Assembly: GCA_963745235.1 (NCBI GenBank)
Contig: CAVUXE010000023.1
Location: 1-20,824, forward strand
Direction of reading: 5' to 3'
Source of the DNA: an uncultured Spirochaetota bacterium
Lineage (GTDB): Bacteria; Spirochaetota; Spirochaetia; SZUA-6; Fen-1364
DNA length: 20,824 bases
Notes under the pieces: generated by a model
What the model saw: the letters and a program-made list of their open reading frames with translations, nothing else
What the model was told of the DNA's origin: nothing
Databases searched by the model: none
Part shown: positions 19,916 to 20,824 of the stretch, piece by piece
Numbering within the stretch: position 1 is the stretch's first letter
Layout: the number at the start of each line of letters is the position of its first letter
Position numbers and translations under genes: made by a program

Positions 19916-20824
19916 ATGAACACGCTGCGAAACTACGAGGCCAAGATTTTCAGCAAGATCAACCCGCTGGTCAGTTTTTCGGTCACCCGCTACGTGTTAG
20001 CCATCGGTATTTTCGTCGCGGTGGCGGTCTTCGGCCTCATCTCCCTCAGAAGCCTTGGCATCGACCTGTTGCCCGACATTCAGATTCCTGCCGTCGTCGT
20101 AAAGACCGTCTACCCGGGGGCGACTCCCGGCGTCATGGATCTGCAGGTCACTCAGGTCATCGAGAATGCGGTCTCGACGGTTGAAGGCATCACCGACGTC
20201 AACTCCCGAAGTTCCCAGGGCCTTGGCCTGACGTTTTTTCTTTTCGACCCGAGCACGGACAAGTACGCGGATGCCAACCAGGTGGCCACTGCTGTGTCTG
20301 CCGCCATCAGCACCCTGCCGAAAAACATCACGGTGCCTACCATCGAAACCTTTGACCCGAACTCCGCTCCTGTGCTCCAGTTTGGTCTTTTCGGTCAAGG
20401 AGTGAACCTCGCCGACATCAGCGACTACGTGACAAACGTCGTGGGGCCGGCCATCGAGCGCGTGGACGGCGTGGCCACGGTGCTCCTCGACGGGGCGCCG
20501 ACCAAGCAGTTCACTGTCCTGCTCAAGCCGGACGTGCTGCGGTACTACAACCTGCGCGCCCAGGACGTGGTGAATGCCATTACAAACTCCGCCTTCAACA
20601 TGCCCATCGGGACCATCGTCAAAAACGAGAACGACCTGACCTTCCAGACACAGGACCAGCCAGCTGATGCACAGCAAATCGGCAGTATCGTCGTGGATTC
20701 CTCGCGGGGCATCCTCGTGGATCAAGTTGGGACCGTGTGGCCGAATTTCAGGCCTGCCTCTAGCACGGATTACGCCCGGGTCAACGGCAATCCCGAGGTA
20801 CTCCTTTCCGTCCAGAGAACCACC
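19916..20824 (+). CDS. RND efflux transporter permease subunit (AcrB/AcrD/AcrF family), 5' part, truncated by the window end
   Basis: Open frame from ATG 19916: NPLVSFSVTRYVLAIGIFVAVAVFGLISLRSLGIDLLPDIQIPAVVVKTVYPGATP...VTQVIENAVSTVEGI...ERVDGVATV...YARVNGNPEVLLSVQRT. Confidence 0.92.
   Translation, partial: MNTLRNYEAKIFSKINPLVSFSVTRYVLAIGIFVAVAVFGLISLRSLGIDLLPDIQIPAVVVKTVYPGATPGVMDLQVTQVIENAVSTVEGITDVNSRSSQGLGLTFFLFDPSTDKYADANQVATAVSAAISTLPKNITVPTIETFDPNSAPVLQFGLFGQGVNLADISDYVTNVVGPAIERVDGVATVLLDGAPTKQFTVLLKPDVLRYYNLRAQDVVNAITNSAFNMPIGTIVKNENDLTFQTQDQPADAQQIGSIVVDSSRGILVDQVGTVWPNFRPASSTDYARVNGNPEVLLSVQRTT

Overview
GC-rich bacterial chromosomal window, most likely from an uncultured Spirochaetia. 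That assignment is inferred from a DUF2259 gene, a spirochaete-type lipoprotein, the nif3-lspA-small membrane protein cluster and an archaeal/eukaryote-type ProRS. It is mostly housekeeping. In order: tRNA-Val(CAC); a SEC59/phytol-kinase-like gene; a membrane protein; type I-beta DAHP synthase; DUF2259; proS; a lipoprotein; a PIG-L deacetylase; a cNMP-binding/SpoIIE phosphatase translationally coupled to purL-purQ; tRNA-Ala(GGC) running into a ~556-aa conserved hypothetical; a minus-strand nif3-lspA-small membrane protein-nitroreductase operon; an acyl-CoA dehydrogenase-etfB-(ferredoxin)etfA operon; a decayed hicA/HTH scar; and the 5' part of an RND permease. Many genes are split by 1-nt indels. 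Those at 13.4-16.2 kb mostly look like two synonymous alleles written side by side, which points to a mixed-strain consensus artefact rather than pseudogenes. I see no CRISPR array, intact mobile element or clearly new multi-gene system. The best leads are the atypical cNMP-PP2C/purLQ coupling, the Fd-fused Etf module with a GntR-like operator, several apparently leaderless genes and the tRNA-coupled hypothetical protein. All family assignments come from motif recognition, not database searches.
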